A DNA stretch of 64,000 nucleotides from Rhynchopus sp. YZ270_cl-10. Taxonomy: Eukaryota. Position numbers and translations under genes: made by a program. Location of the stretch: contig OZ037841.1 of assembly GCA_964035575.1 (NCBI GenBank), forward strand, positions 1,364,001 through 1,428,000, written 5' to 3'. Every line of letters starts with the position of its first letter. Position 1 is the first letter of the stretch. The notes under the pieces were generated by a model that did not search any database, was not told the DNA's origin, and saw only the letters and a program-made list of their open reading frames with translations. Positions 32,918 to 44,599 of the stretch are shown here, piece after piece.

Positions 32918-35900
32918 CATGGGTGAATTTTTTTTGCCCCCCCCCGTTTCAAATCACGAAACATTTTTTTTTGGCAAAGACATTTTTCAGCTGGTAAGAA
33001 AAAAAAATTTTTTATTCGAGCACAGGCCCTGTCAGGGCAGTGGTCGCGCTAATTATGGGAAAAAATGGGGAAAAAATGGATTTCGGGAACGGAAAAACGT
33101 TCCTTGAAAAGGTTAGCTGGGGAGGCCCGGAAACCCCGTTTTGTGGCATTTCCGGGCCAATCCCGGCTTGTGGTGGGGTATATACGGAAAAATGGACAAA
33201 ATTTTAGTGACTTAAATTTTCGCAAAATATGAACCCATACTCGTAAACAAGGGTCATTTTCAGGAAAATTCGGAAAATTCCGAGATTTGGAAGCAATTTT
33301 TCTCCTGAAAATCAGTGGGTTTTCAGCCCCAAAACATACCGCGATTGGAATTTCCGGAATCCGTCCGCGCTGTGGTGGGGGATATATGAAAAAATGGCAA
33401 TTTTTTTTTTTTTTTTTTATTTTCCTATCTGTAACCTCTCTCTTTTACGGCAGGTGACCGGTTGAGGTGATACTTCCGGACTGAGGAAGGGCATTCTTTT
33501 ACTTTTTTATTTGCCTGGAGGGGGTACGGGGCGGCCTCTTGCTAGTTTGTTTTTATTTGTAGTCTTTTGTTGGTTTAAGGGCGTGGCTGACGACACGATG
33601 AACCTCCTTGGCTCAAAGCTGTTAACGCCGTCTAGCCAGGCCTGGCTGTACACTCTAGTCTATAAAAGGGGGGGAGGGAGGGAAACGAAAATTTTTTTAG
33701 ATGTTTTTTTTTCCTCGATTTTTTTTTGATGAGTTGCTTGTATCAGTAAAAACAGTGACGCGGGCTCACAACAAATCTTACTGAGCTACTTCCATTTCAG
33801 CAAGAAGAGAATACGTCGCTTCATCGTGGTCCTCGTCCTCTTCTTCGTCGTCGTCATCTTCGTCATTTTCATCGTCGTTCTCTTCTTCCGGAAGGACTTC
33901 CTCCTCGTCTGAGTCGTCGTCAGATGCTTCGTAATCCGACTCATCTTCCGCAAGGTCACAGATCTCACGAAGAACTGTCTCGAATGGAACCTGTTTCTCT
34001 GGCGTCTTGTATTCGCGCTTCGTAAACCTGCGCGGTTTTGCCAAGAGAAACGTTTCTAGGGCTTCATCAGCAAGCTCGATGCAGGCTTCAGGATTGGAAC
34101 TTTTCGGAGCGTGGAGGTAAACCATCAACAGGCTTTCCAACGTGCTAATTTTGAGCTTTGTCCTCCAGCGAGAGTGCAAGAAAGATACGGTGCTGAAGCC
34201 ACGTTCCACCTCTACGCTACTCGGAGAACTGACAAGCACCCCTTCAAGAATAAGTCGCAGATGTTCATCCCCTGTACCCGCAGTCACATATGCAAGCGCA
34301 CTCTGAGCCAAGTCTGGGGAGGTGCTGTGTTCCAGTAGCCACTGTTTCCATGTCCTGAGGAGGTTGAACCGGTCTGAACTGTTTTCGATGCCACATGCTT
34401 CAGCATAGCACAAGAGTGAGCGGGCTTGGTCCTCAGGCGTCCTGTCCCTATCCAGCAGTCGGGCACATGCAAACGATTTCCCTTGTTCCTTCCAGCGAGA
34501 AAGCATGTCTTTCCGAAGCTTGCGGCACATAACCTTCCTCCAAGAGGCGATATCCACTTTCTGCTGTGCAGTCAGGTTCGCCGTTTTGCTTGCCTCATTG
34601 AGACCACCCTCCCGGCCAATAGAACGCAGGTGGTATCTGGAGGTGTGAATAGCCTTTTCCACGTCAATGCATGTGAGGGACCTGCTTTGCAAAAACTGCG
34701 AAACTTTTCCGAGCCAGCCAAACACATCTGCAACGACAGCAACTTTTGCGAGAAAGGTAGGCTGGCTGAGGGTGGTCTTCACTTCGGGTAGTTTTTTGCT
34801 CTTGCATCTGTTGACAGCACTGCGAGGGTCATCGGTCTCATTCAACACAGTCTTCGCAGTGTCCCAGTTTTTTACACCCACGCTTGCAAGCCTCGAAACG
34901 TTGTTGCTCCATCTGACACGGTGGTGCCTCTCCCAACCCCGAAGTCGAGGGTTCAATTCTTTTGCACGCTGACCAAGAACGGTGCGTCGAAACAAAGCAA
35001 ACCAGGTGCACAGCCCCTCAATTACTGGTTTTAACACCTGCCGCACACTGATTGAGGACAACGCGTGGGTGTGGGCAGGGTCGACAAATGTGAGAAGTGG
35101 TCTGCCTGCCCAAGTTGCCAGCTTCTGATGCAGCAGTTTCATTACGGATGGGCCATCCGTCGAGACACACGTCAGTTTCGAGCGTACCTCATTATGAAGA
35201 CCTTTTTCATTGAGGAATTGGAGTAGGCCATCGTGGTACTTTTGTGCCGATCTGTCACTTCCAAGCATGTACGCACCAACAAAAACATCGAGCGCACGTC
35301 CTTCATCTCTGTGTAGCATGCAGAAATACACAAGGACAACCTCTCTGCCATCTCTGAGCGTAGACCCGTCGAGCTTCAGGTTCACACACTTCGAAGAGTT
35401 TAGTATTGTGACAACTTTTTTCTGGAATAAAGAATTTGCCAGGTTGTGCAGATGCTCTCTCACGATGGAGTGGTGGCGGTGGGTCTCCAACGTCTCAGCC
35501 CCCTTGATCGCGTCGTAGTTGCACATATCGCTGAAGCGGTACAAAGACTGTCCGAGGGTTGCGATCGCCAGCACGTTCACGATCTGGTTCAGCAGCGCCG
35601 TCTTTTTCCCTCCAGCGTCGATCATCGTTGGGAGTGCGGGGGCGCGAACGGGTACTGAGACGGGTTGCGAGGTGCCATCTTCATTCCACAATTTCGCGGC
35701 GCGTTCGTGTACGCCTGTCCTCAGGTGGTCTCCAAGTCGTCTGATAACGTGATCACCACCCAGATCGGTTCCCAGAGCATAGGACATGTCGTTCGATGAG
35801 AAAGTTTTTTCCAGGACATCTGCATATTCGCTACAACAGTTGCAGAAGTGCTTCCCGTCGACAACAGTGTATTCGTCCGTAATGAGCTTGATCCGTTTAG

Positions 35901-38091
35901 CCTCCCGCTCGTTCGCCATGTCTTGTTCCCTTGCCCTCTTCGAAATCCTCTGTGCCCCAGCTGCCAACAATGCGTTAACGTCGACAGGTGCACGTGATTT
36001 GGTAACACGAGGAGCAGGGCATCTCACAGCGAGGGTCCAATGTGCAGGTCCTCCTGAAGCTGAAATCTGCTGGCAACTCATGAACGCATGATTGCGCGAG
36101 AGGTCACCCATTTTCTGCCATCCCGAAGTTCCGACTGCCACCTTCATCCCCCTTCTTCTCCACATAGCCGAAAGACACAGCATCACGCTCGTACTCACCT
36201 TGTGCTCTACCCGGAAGCACGTACTCTCACGAAGAGAGCTCTGGAGCCACCGAATCTTCCCATCCATTTCGGCGAAATCGTCAGCGCTGTTCAACGAATT
36301 ACGAATGTCATCGCTCGTGATTTTGTCGAGGAGGGTGGCGGCAGCTGCGGGCGTAGGCTCTTCCGACTCAGAGGGGAATTGTCCTCCACAATGGCTCTCT
36401 GCAACAAGTGCGGTGTAGTACCCGCAGCTCACGTTGTCCGCCTGCACGTAGCTCCCTCGTCGCTCTGCACTCCCGATAAAGCCAAAGTACTTCAACCCAG
36501 TCTGTGCCGGCTCCGACATGTCAAAAAGACTGTCGTAAATCGCGTAGAACGCTTTTTTGTTGCTGTCGCTGACGAGGGGTTTCGGCGGTGCTGCTGCTTG
36601 TGCTGCTTGTGTTGCTTGTGCTGCTTGTGTTGGCATTGGCTCCTCGGGTTCGTTATCATGCACCAAGTCCATGTCATCTCCGGTGGTGCAAGCCCGCACG
36701 TACACACATCCAAACGCCTTGCTGCTATCCTCCCAAAATTGGGTCTTCCGCGTGTCAGGGGCTTCCCGGTCACCTCTCTTCAACCAATGCCAGGACTGAT
36801 CGTCCCCAAGCGGCACGTCAAGGCTCCACTGCACCTCACCTTGGTGGCGCCCTGTCGCGTTCACGACTGCACACAAGTGGTACTCCTCTGTGCGCGCTTC
36901 TGCCTTGTTCGCATCTCCACCCTGCACTCTAAGTGCTTGATCGTAGGGGTGGAGTCGGGCAACAGCTTCATGACTCATCACGGGCAACGACAACTCAAGC
37001 GGGATCGTTGTCGTGATCTTGCGCAGTGCTCCGCCTTCCAGCCTGTCAAGGTTCACGACGAGGGTGTCCGGCGCGCGGTCTACTACCACTGTTCGCAACA
37101 CCTGAGAACCACCGCAGCTTCCACACTCACCATTCCGTTTCCCACGTAGCACACCCCAGTCCACTGCTTTATCCACAAGCGCCAGAGTAATCCACGAGAG
37201 TGGATGAGTCGGTGCTGACGCCTTGTAGTCGTGGCATCCGGGGTTGGCACAAGTTACCACTTGCACCGTCGTTGTTTTGGTGGGGAGGGAAGAGGAGAGG
37301 GACTTCAGGGGGTTCATGAAGGTGCTCGAATTCGCCACGCGCACCTCATCCGCCCCCCCCTTCGGCTGGCGCAATGCCGCGACCGGGGCGCTCAGTTTCG
37401 ACACAAGTTCTCCACTGAGCGACACCGTGATCACGGCGAAGAGGTAGGCGAGCGTACCCCAAGCCCCACCTCCGCTTTCCCCGTTGACCACCCGCCGCGG
37501 GTGCAGCTTCTGCAATATTCCGCTCTTGTGAGCACCGGATTGGTAGGTCTTTGCGCGAGGCATCTTGTGATTGTATCCTTGTATGATGGTTGAGTGTGGG
37601 GTGTGGGTGTGGGGCTGCGGAGGATGTCACGGCCGTCGGGTGTGTTTAAAGCGCTTCAATTGCATGGAATGGAATAAAAAAAAGACCAAAGAAAAAATAT
37701 ATAATTGATGACTTGGTAGCTAAGGGGGCGCCGCAGGCGCACGGTAACCAACTTTTTTTTTTTTTTCTTTTTTTTTTTCTCCTCTTTCTTTTGACTTTCC
37801 GAGCCAATTGCGTTCCACGGCGGGGTCACATGTATATGCAAGTCCACTATGTGGTGGTCTTACTCAACAATATTAGAACTTCTGGTTTCTTAATGAAATC
37901 CCCGTACTGCAAAAAAAAAACGTTCCTACCAAAACCCCCAAAAATCCCGGGATGAGGGATGGACTTTAGCGCCAGCTCTGTGTCAGGGGGAATTTTTTTT
38001 TTTTTTTTTTTTTTTAACCTGAAAATTGTCTTTGCCGCGGAAAAATGTTTCGTGATTTGAAACGGGGGGGGGCAAAAAAAAGCCACCCATA
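32918..38091 (-). mobile_element. Apparently autonomous hAT transposon, ~5.2 kb, ~75-bp imperfect TIRs
   Basis: CATGGGTG..TTTGCCCCCCCCCGTTTCAAATCACGAAACATTTTT at the left end and its reverse complement at ~38015-38091. Single long ORF. No exact TSD. Confidence 0.85.
33778..37563 (-). CDS. hAT (ZNF862-like) transposase fused to N-terminal USP-like and cysteine-protease-like domains (1261 aa)
   Basis: Zn finger FCNCC..HLRTGVH; catalytic LDGST, TDGPS and VERGFS; VRWS; hAT dimerisation SRWRTKL..LESLLMV. N-terminal APDTLVVNLDRL..YHLCAVV (USP-like) and QADNVSCG..HWTL. Confidence 0.9.
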   Translation of the reverse strand: MPRAKTYQSGAHKSGILQKLHPRRVVNGESGGGAWGTLAYLFAVITVSLSGELVSKLSAPVAALRQPKGGADEVRVANSSTFMNPLKSLSSSLPTKTTTVQVVTCANPGCHDYKASAPTHPLSWITLALVDKAVDWGVLRGKRNGECGSCGGSQVLRTVVVDRAPDTLVVNLDRLEGGALRKITTTIPLELSLPVMSHEAVARLHPYDQALRVQGGDANKAEARTEEYHLCAVVNATGRHQGEVQWSLDVPLGDDQSWHWLKRGDREAPDTRKTQFWEDSSKAFGCVYVRACTTGDDMDLVHDNEPEEPMPTQAAQATQAAQAAAPPKPLVSDSNKKAFYAIYDSLFDMSEPAQTGLKYFGFIGSAERRGSYVQADNVSCGYYTALVAESHCGGQFPSESEEPTPAAAATLLDKITSDDIRNSLNSADDFAEMDGKIRWLQSSLRESTCFRVEHKVSTSVMLCLSAMWRRRGMKVAVGTSGWQKMGDLSRNHAFMSCQQISASGGPAHWTLAVRCPAPRVTKSRAPVDVNALLAAGAQRISKRAREQDMANEREAKRIKLITDEYTVVDGKHFCNCCSEYADVLEKTFSSNDMSYALGTDLGGDHVIRRLGDHLRTGVHERAAKLWNEDGTSQPVSVPVRAPALPTMIDAGGKKTALLNQIVNVLAIATLGQSLYRFSDMCNYDAIKGAETLETHRHHSIVREHLHNLANSLFQKKVVTILNSSKCVNLKLDGSTLRDGREVVLVYFCMLHRDEGRALDVFVGAYMLGSDRSAQKYHDGLLQFLNEKGLHNEVRSKLTCVSTDGPSVMKLLHQKLATWAGRPLLTFVDPAHTHALSSISVRQVLKPVIEGLCTWFALFRRTVLGQRAKELNPRLRGWERHHRVRWSNNVSRLASVGVKNWDTAKTVLNETDDPRSAVNRCKSKKLPEVKTTLSQPTFLAKVAVVADVFGWLGKVSQFLQSRSLTCIDVEKAIHTSRYHLRSIGREGGLNEASKTANLTAQQKVDIASWRKVMCRKLRKDMLSRWKEQGKSFACARLLDRDRTPEDQARSLLCYAEACGIENSSDRFNLLRTWKQWLLEHSTSPDLAQSALAYVTAGTGDEHLRLILEGVLVSSPSSVEVERGFSTVSFLHSRWRTKLKISTLESLLMVYLHAPKSSNPEACIELADEALETFLLAKPRRFTKREYKTPEKQVPFETVLREICDLAEDESDYEASDDDSDEEEVLPEEENDDENDEDDDDEEEDEDHDEATYSLLAEMEVAQ

Positions 38092-38639
38092 TGATGAAAA
38101 TATTTTTTATTGCTCATTACTCAACACCCTCCCTGTGGATTTGCCTTGTCACATTTTTTTTTCTCGCGGTTTTTTCTTTTTTTGTACTGTACCCAGAGCT
38201 AATGAAATAACCCCCCCCAAAGCAGAAACGGTAAGCAGACATACCCCAAGTATGTCAGTGTGTTCTTTCTTCCATTCATTTTTCATTTTTTTTTGGGGTC
38301 GTCAGACCCTACCCAAAATTTGTACATTTTTTTGTCAATTGTCCTGTAGATGTGTGTTGTATGTTTTTATTGTACCAATCATGTTATTTGGGGTACGGGG
38401 GGAGGATTTTTTCGATGAAGAGAAAACAAAGGGGGAAAAAAACACACACACACAGACCCCCCCCTCCCACAACGTACTCTGCCAATATCAGCAAAGGGAG
38501 TTTGCGGAAAAAAAGGGCGGTTTTCTGTCATACCCTTTCCCCTCCCATGCATACCTATTTTCACACAATCAACAAATTTTAAATTCACTTGAGAAATTAC
38601 CCGAAGGAAACACACCACCCCCCCTTTTTTTCTGTAACA

Positions 38640-39077
38640 ATGGGGATCTGCAGTGGGAAGGAAAAGGAGCACAAGACTCAGGGCAAGAAGCCTGAACCTG
38701 CGAGCACCGCACCTATCGATGCACCGACTGTAGAGACCAAGACGACGGCACCGGCAGCAGCCACACCAGCTGTTGAGGCGCCGAAGCCGTGGTCGGGGCA
38801 GCTGAAGCTGCGGACGTTGACGAGCGACCTGATCCTGCTGGAGGATGTCTCTTCGGCGAATACCGTGGCTGAGCTGAAGACAAAGGTGGCTGAGAAGACC
38901 GGCGCCGATGGTGAAAGCGCAACAATGCGCATCGTAGCGGCAGGTGTAGAACTTCTCGACGACAGCCGCACCCTCAGCTCGCTCTCAATAGACCAAAAGA
39001 CCCTCCTCGTCCTTCTCTTCCGCCTTACTGAAAGAGAGCGTGAAGAGCTTGCGGCTGGGCACCATGGTACCGTCTAA
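38640..39077 (+). CDS. Ubiquitin-like domain protein with N-myristoylation/palmitoylation-type start
   Basis: MGICSGK start; TVAELKTKVAE..MRIVAAGVELLDDSRTLSSLSI Ubl fold. Confidence 0.85.
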   Translation: MGICSGKEKEHKTQGKKPEPASTAPIDAPTVETKTTAPAAATPAVEAPKPWSGQLKLRTLTSDLILLEDVSSANTVAELKTKVAEKTGADGESATMRIVAAGVELLDDSRTLSSLSIDQKTLLVLLFRLTEREREELAAGHHGTV

Positions 39078-40219
39078 GGGGGAATGCAGTGTGATTCTTG
39101 GCGAACGAATGTTTGATTGTAAATAAGTGGGGTGGGGCAGAGGTTGGTAGCAACTTTTTTTGGCAATAAAGTTTAAACAACGCACAAAAAAAAAAAGCAA
39201 GAAAAAGCGCATCGACGATTTTGTCGATTTTTTAATACGCGTTTGTATTTTTTTTTGAAGGTGTGGGGCGCATGAGATATGCACTCAACACTGTAATCAA
39301 CAGTGTATGTTAAATTTGCTTTTTTTTTTTTTGTGTCAACACATTGTAGTTTCGCCCTATGTACAAAAAAAGGTGTCATAAAATTAAAAATAGCGAGCAA
39401 AAAATAAGCACTACTGAAGCGAGCGTTAAAAAAGGCAGCGAGGGGGGCGGTGTGTACTCTGCTCGACAGTTTTGACGCAACACTATGGGGTATTTTTTCT
39501 CTTCAAGGGCAAGGCTCGTTTGACACCCCCCCCCCCCCTTTTTAATTATTTTCTTTGAAAGATGTGCTCCTAATTTTCATCTTTTCCTCTTTCTTTTTTT
39601 TTTTTTTGCGCTCGATTTGATTGGTCTCTCCTCTGCTCCTCTGGGGTGACTCAATTGTGTAGATTTGTTTAAAGAATGTGTGTGCACGAGGCACATTCAT
39701 CTTACAAGTTTTTTTTTGTTCCCAGTGTAGTCTGTTTAGGTGCCTGCACCATCGGTGCATCCACATTTCAAGTTTCCCCCTAGGTGATATAAGCACTACG
39801 TTCCTCTTGCCAACCTTTTAAAAATAATTTAAAAATGGTGAGACATTTCATTATTACAAGCTTTCTCTTTTTGTTTCTTTTAGGTGACTAAGCAGAGGCT
39901 TAGGTTCATCTTATAAACCTTTTTTTGTTAGCATGCGGCTATGTCACCTATGTTCATTTCAACCTTTTCCCACAGTGGTAGTCACACCAACAACCACAAG
40001 GCCAAAGCCAAATGGCAACACCTCAGTGCAGAATGCTCGACCCTCTCCCTCCCCCCTGACCGTGGCTGCAAAAAAAAAAAGTTAACAAGACAACGTAACG
40101 TCGGACGGGAGTGTCCGTGTATATAAAAGTCGCGCTCTTTTGCCAAGGTTTTTTGTTGTGTTCTCCCCACTCCCCGCACACCACCTTTTCCACAGTGACA
40201 GTCTTGCAGTTTTGTACTC

Positions 40220-43200
40220 ATGTTTATTTTGGGTGTGCTCTGCCTGCTGTGGTGTGCAGTGCAGACGGATGCGGTGACAAAGGTGCACCTGCAGGTGCAG
40301 AGCGGGAGTGATGCCGCTGATGGTTCGTACTCCTCGTTTATTGTGACTGGGCTGTCTGACACTGGAGATGTGTGCGTGCTTCAGCATGTTGTTGGCCCTC
40401 ACGCGGCTGCGACACTATCCGTATCAGGGGACTGTTCTGCGGCAATCACGACTATTTCCGTGCAGCCAGCATCCTCGTCAGGGACGGGAGCGACCACGTC
40501 ACCCGACGGCTGGCGCATCGTGGCTGTCACCATGGTGAACAGCAACACCGGCACGATGCAGACACTAGCAGGAAGTACCTGCACCGTCCTCTACAACGCA
40601 TGTCAGTGGAAGGTCCCCACGGCAACGTCAAGCCCAGTGAGCAAAGTCTGGCCCAGCCCGACATCTGTCCCTCTCAACAACGGCAGGTCGTCGTCAGCGC
40701 CATCACCACCGCCAACCCCTGCACCAACACCAGGACCCACACTGTCGCCGACACCTGCACCAGCAACGCAGCCGCCGTCAACAGTGTCACCTCGAACAGA
40801 ATCACCAGCAACACTGTCCCCACCAACACCGTCGCCGCTCACAGTGGCGCCACTGACAGTAGCACCGGCGACAGAAGCACCGGATACCGTGGCACCCGCA
40901 ACAGTGTCACCGCTGACAGAAGCTCCGGAAACTATAGCGCCAGCCACAGTTGCACCAGTGACAGGAGCCCCGACAACAGTGGCACCAGCAACAACGGCAC
41001 CCGCAACAGTGGCACCGCTGACAGAAGCACCCGCAACAATAGCGCCAGCAACAGTTGCACCAGTGACAGGAGCCCCGTTAACAGTGGCACCAGCAACAGA
41101 AGCTCCGGCAACAGTTTCACCAGCAACGACGGCACCTGCCACAGTGTCACCGCTGACAGAAGCACCCGCAACAATAGCGCCAGCAACAGTTGCACCAGCG
41201 ACAGGAGCCCCGTTAACAGTGGCGCCCCCAACAGAAGCTCCGGCGACAGTGGCACCAGCAACAACAGCACCTGCGACGCTGTCGCCACTGACAGAAGCAC
41301 CCTCAACATAGCGCCAGCAACAGTTGCACCAGTGACAGGAGCCCCGATAACAGTGGCACCAGCAACAACGGCACCTTTAACCGACGCCCCCGCAACAGAA
41401 GCTCCGGCAACAGTGGCACCAGCAACAACAGCACCTGCGACGCTGTCGCCACTGACAGAAGCACCCGCAACAATAGCGCCAGCAACAGTTGCACCAGTGA
41501 CAGGAGCCCCGTTAACAGTGGCGCCCCCAACAGAAGCTCCGGCAACGCTGTTGCCACTGACAGAAGCACCAACAGTATCACCGCTGACCGCTTCACCTGC
41601 ACAGACGTCTGCACCGGTCACCCCCTCAGCTGTGCCCCTCACAACGTACGCACCGCCCACACCGCCCGCGATGCTTCCCACAGTTCCACCCACTGATCTG
41701 ACATCCACCGCACCTACGTCACCCACCGACACGCACAGACCGACTGCGTCGCCGTTGACGTTCACACCACGTACCCTGCCTCCCGCGCCTACCCCTGCAC
41801 CGCTTTCCACCCTTGCTCCGACGGACACCGTGCACAGTGCGTCACCCCCTACTGCACTGCCGCAGACGGCACTCCCTGCAACACCTGCACCGGAAACTCT
41901 GATACCAATGCCAACGGGGGTACCGGTGGTTGTGGATGTGCAAGACACTGTGGAACCGCTTTCTGCAGCGAAGGCGGCAGCAGAAGCCACGACGGACAAT
42001 GTGACCGACGTGCACGAGGCCATGTCAGCGGCGAGCATGGCTGCATACGTAAACCCCGCAGCTGCGCTGCTCGCAGCACGTCTGTTGCTCTCTGTTGAGG
42101 AGTGCAAGGTGTACGGCGACACGAAGTCATATCCTTTGGCGCTGCACCCCACACAGCTCACCGTGGATGGATCTGAAGCAGCAGGGATGGTGATCGGGAA
42201 CCTTGGCATCTTCCTTGCTGCCGCCACGCTCCACTTCTTCGCATGCGAGCTCCTCCGCCTCGTTCAAATATGTGTCCTGAAAGGCTTCAAACGCACCCAA
42301 CCATTTGTACACGACATACGAGGTCTGCTCCGCTTCCCAGGAGGATCTGCGCTGATCTTCCAGGTACTGTACCAAGGTGCTTCCGTTGGCGCACTGCAGC
42401 TTGCGTATGGCGCAGAGACTTCGAATCTTAGGCTATTAGGATATTTTGGCAGCCTTCTTTGCGTCGCAGTTCCGTTGGGAATGTTCCGCTCGTTGGTGCG
42501 GTGCGCACCGAGCAAAACCTTTGTCATTCTGGACTCTCAGACCGCAGGACTTCGCACCGTGCGTCGTAAGGTGGTGCGTGCTCTCATTGGAAATGGAGAA
42601 TGGATTTCTGTGTCAGAGCAAAAGCATTATGCCCTGCGCTATTCTGCGGTGATCAGGCCGTTCAAACAGAACTGTCTGTGGTATCATTTCCTGCAGTATG
42701 CCTCTATGTTTACGATCTCCGCGATCCAAGCGTTTTCCCCAACAAACTACGTTGCGTGCGGGCATCTGAAGGTTGCAAGCTTTTTGGTTATTTTTGTCAT
42801 GCTCTTGATTGTACTGACCGTCAAACCTTACCTCCGTACGTGGGATACCGTCCTTGACACGCTCATTATGTCATTTCAATGTGGCGCACTGCTCTTCATG
42901 GCTGTAGGGTACTACAGAGAGACGCCTCAAGGCATGTTAATAGATGTTGCAACGATTCTGATGGTAGTCAGCCTGGCCTGCATCTTGGTGAAGGTTATTA
43001 TGTCAATCATGTGTGAGTTGTATGTCCTAGTAGTGTGCAGAAGGGACAGACTGCAAGATGGGTATGGGGGAGGAACAGAAGGTCCGTTTGATGTGAACAC
43101 CTTCGGGGGTTCGGATATCGAGACAAATGACAGAACAGAGGAGATCAGCGTTCAGTCCTTTCCGATGACGACCTTGGCGCCCTTCCGGCCGTTTGTGCCC

Positions 43201-43686
43201 TCGAATAAGGGGACACCGTTGGAGCGTGGGTTTCATGAGGAGTTCTTGGAGCCGGTTTCACCGCCGTTTGCGTTGCCAGGGAGCGGCCAGTCAAGCCCAC
43301 TGCTTTCCGAGCTGAACGTCACGATTTCTGCGTTTGATGCGCCCCCGCTTAGCGTTCCACCACGTGCCCCTAGGACTGGGTCGAGAAATGGTTTCAAGCC
43401 GATGCGCTCTCCGTTGAGGACGAATTCTGGGTTTGGGCGCGGCAGAAGAGACAGTCTTAGCTCAGCCACCAGCGCAGGGCTTGCCAGTGCAGCTGCGGCA
43501 GTTGTGGCGCGTAATGACGCAGAGAACGTGTCAGGTGATAAGTCCCCTGCAGTAGAGGGCATGCGTCGCAACAGGGCGCTCTCCGAGATAAAGCTTGTGG
43601 GCGGGACCTTTATCGAACCTGAAAAAGATGGCAAAGAACAGCTAACGAGACCTGTCAGAGCGCGGGCGAGTACGTTTTCTAAGTAG
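40220..43686 (+). CDS. Signal peptide + mucin-like TxAP repeat + multi-TM membrane protein, with a 1-nt frameshift at ~41308
   Basis: ORF 40220-41311 (signal peptide, TVAPA repeats) continues in another frame to 43686. The repeat consensus ACAATAGCG reads ACATAGCG at the break. Confidence 0.75.
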
Positions 43687-44599
43687 GGACTGCTCTCGTG
43701 TCTCGGCGATCGTGCATCGAGCGTTGAGGGTGCAGTGCCTGTAAACTTCGCTAACTCTTCAGGGCTGATGAGCGGTTGTGCACCGCCCCCATTCACACTA
43801 CGGTACGGGCAACTCATTAGGTTTCCTTTTCACACCTTCTGGTTGTTGACTGCAGGGTGCTTTGTGTTTTCATCCGGATGGATGGCATCGTACGTGGGTG
43901 CCTACTCCTTTTACTCACTTCTACTGAACTGCAGAAGGCGGTCTTTTCTTTTTTTTAGTGTTTGTTGATTTTTCTTTTCTTTTCCGGCAATGACACGACC
44001 AGGTCGGGCAGTTCTCTTCCGATCTTTTCATTAAGGTGACTAAGACGAGATGCTTAGGTGCATCTCACAAACTTGTATTTTCTTTTTTTAGCACTGTTTC
44101 TCTAGAGCTTGAAGCAGAGTACTTAAGTTTCGCTGTGCTACACATTTTAGTCGATTGGCTACGATACCCCATCCCCTGCGCCGCCGCAGCTGTTTTTTGC
44201 ACCACAAAAAAGACAAGGCAGGCAGGGAGGGGAGAATTGCCACATCAACCTATTGAGTTTGCGCAGTGTAAACTAAAGGGGGTCTCAGTTATGCTTGATT
44301 TAGCAAGTAATATCGGGAAGCCTCTTTTTTACTTTCAACATGTCATCTAATAATTTTCCCGACCCTCTCGTGTATTTATTTGTCCCCCGGTTAGACCGGT
44401 AATGAAAAAATTAAAAACCCGGAACCCAGTAACGGGTGCCATTCATGTTTCGCTATGGGCAAATCAGAAGTCAAGAACAAACGTGGATATTTCGGATTCT
44501 GAAATGCTAAGGGGCCCCTCCAATGTTATTGCCACAATTCTGTATATTTCTCAACTTCAAACCCCCACAAAGATATATCGTTTTTGGCTTTATTGAGAA

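Noticed and set aside
43764..43800. CTGATGAG followed by a stem as a hammerhead ribozyme
   Set aside because: No GAAA core after stem II and no closing stems in either copy.
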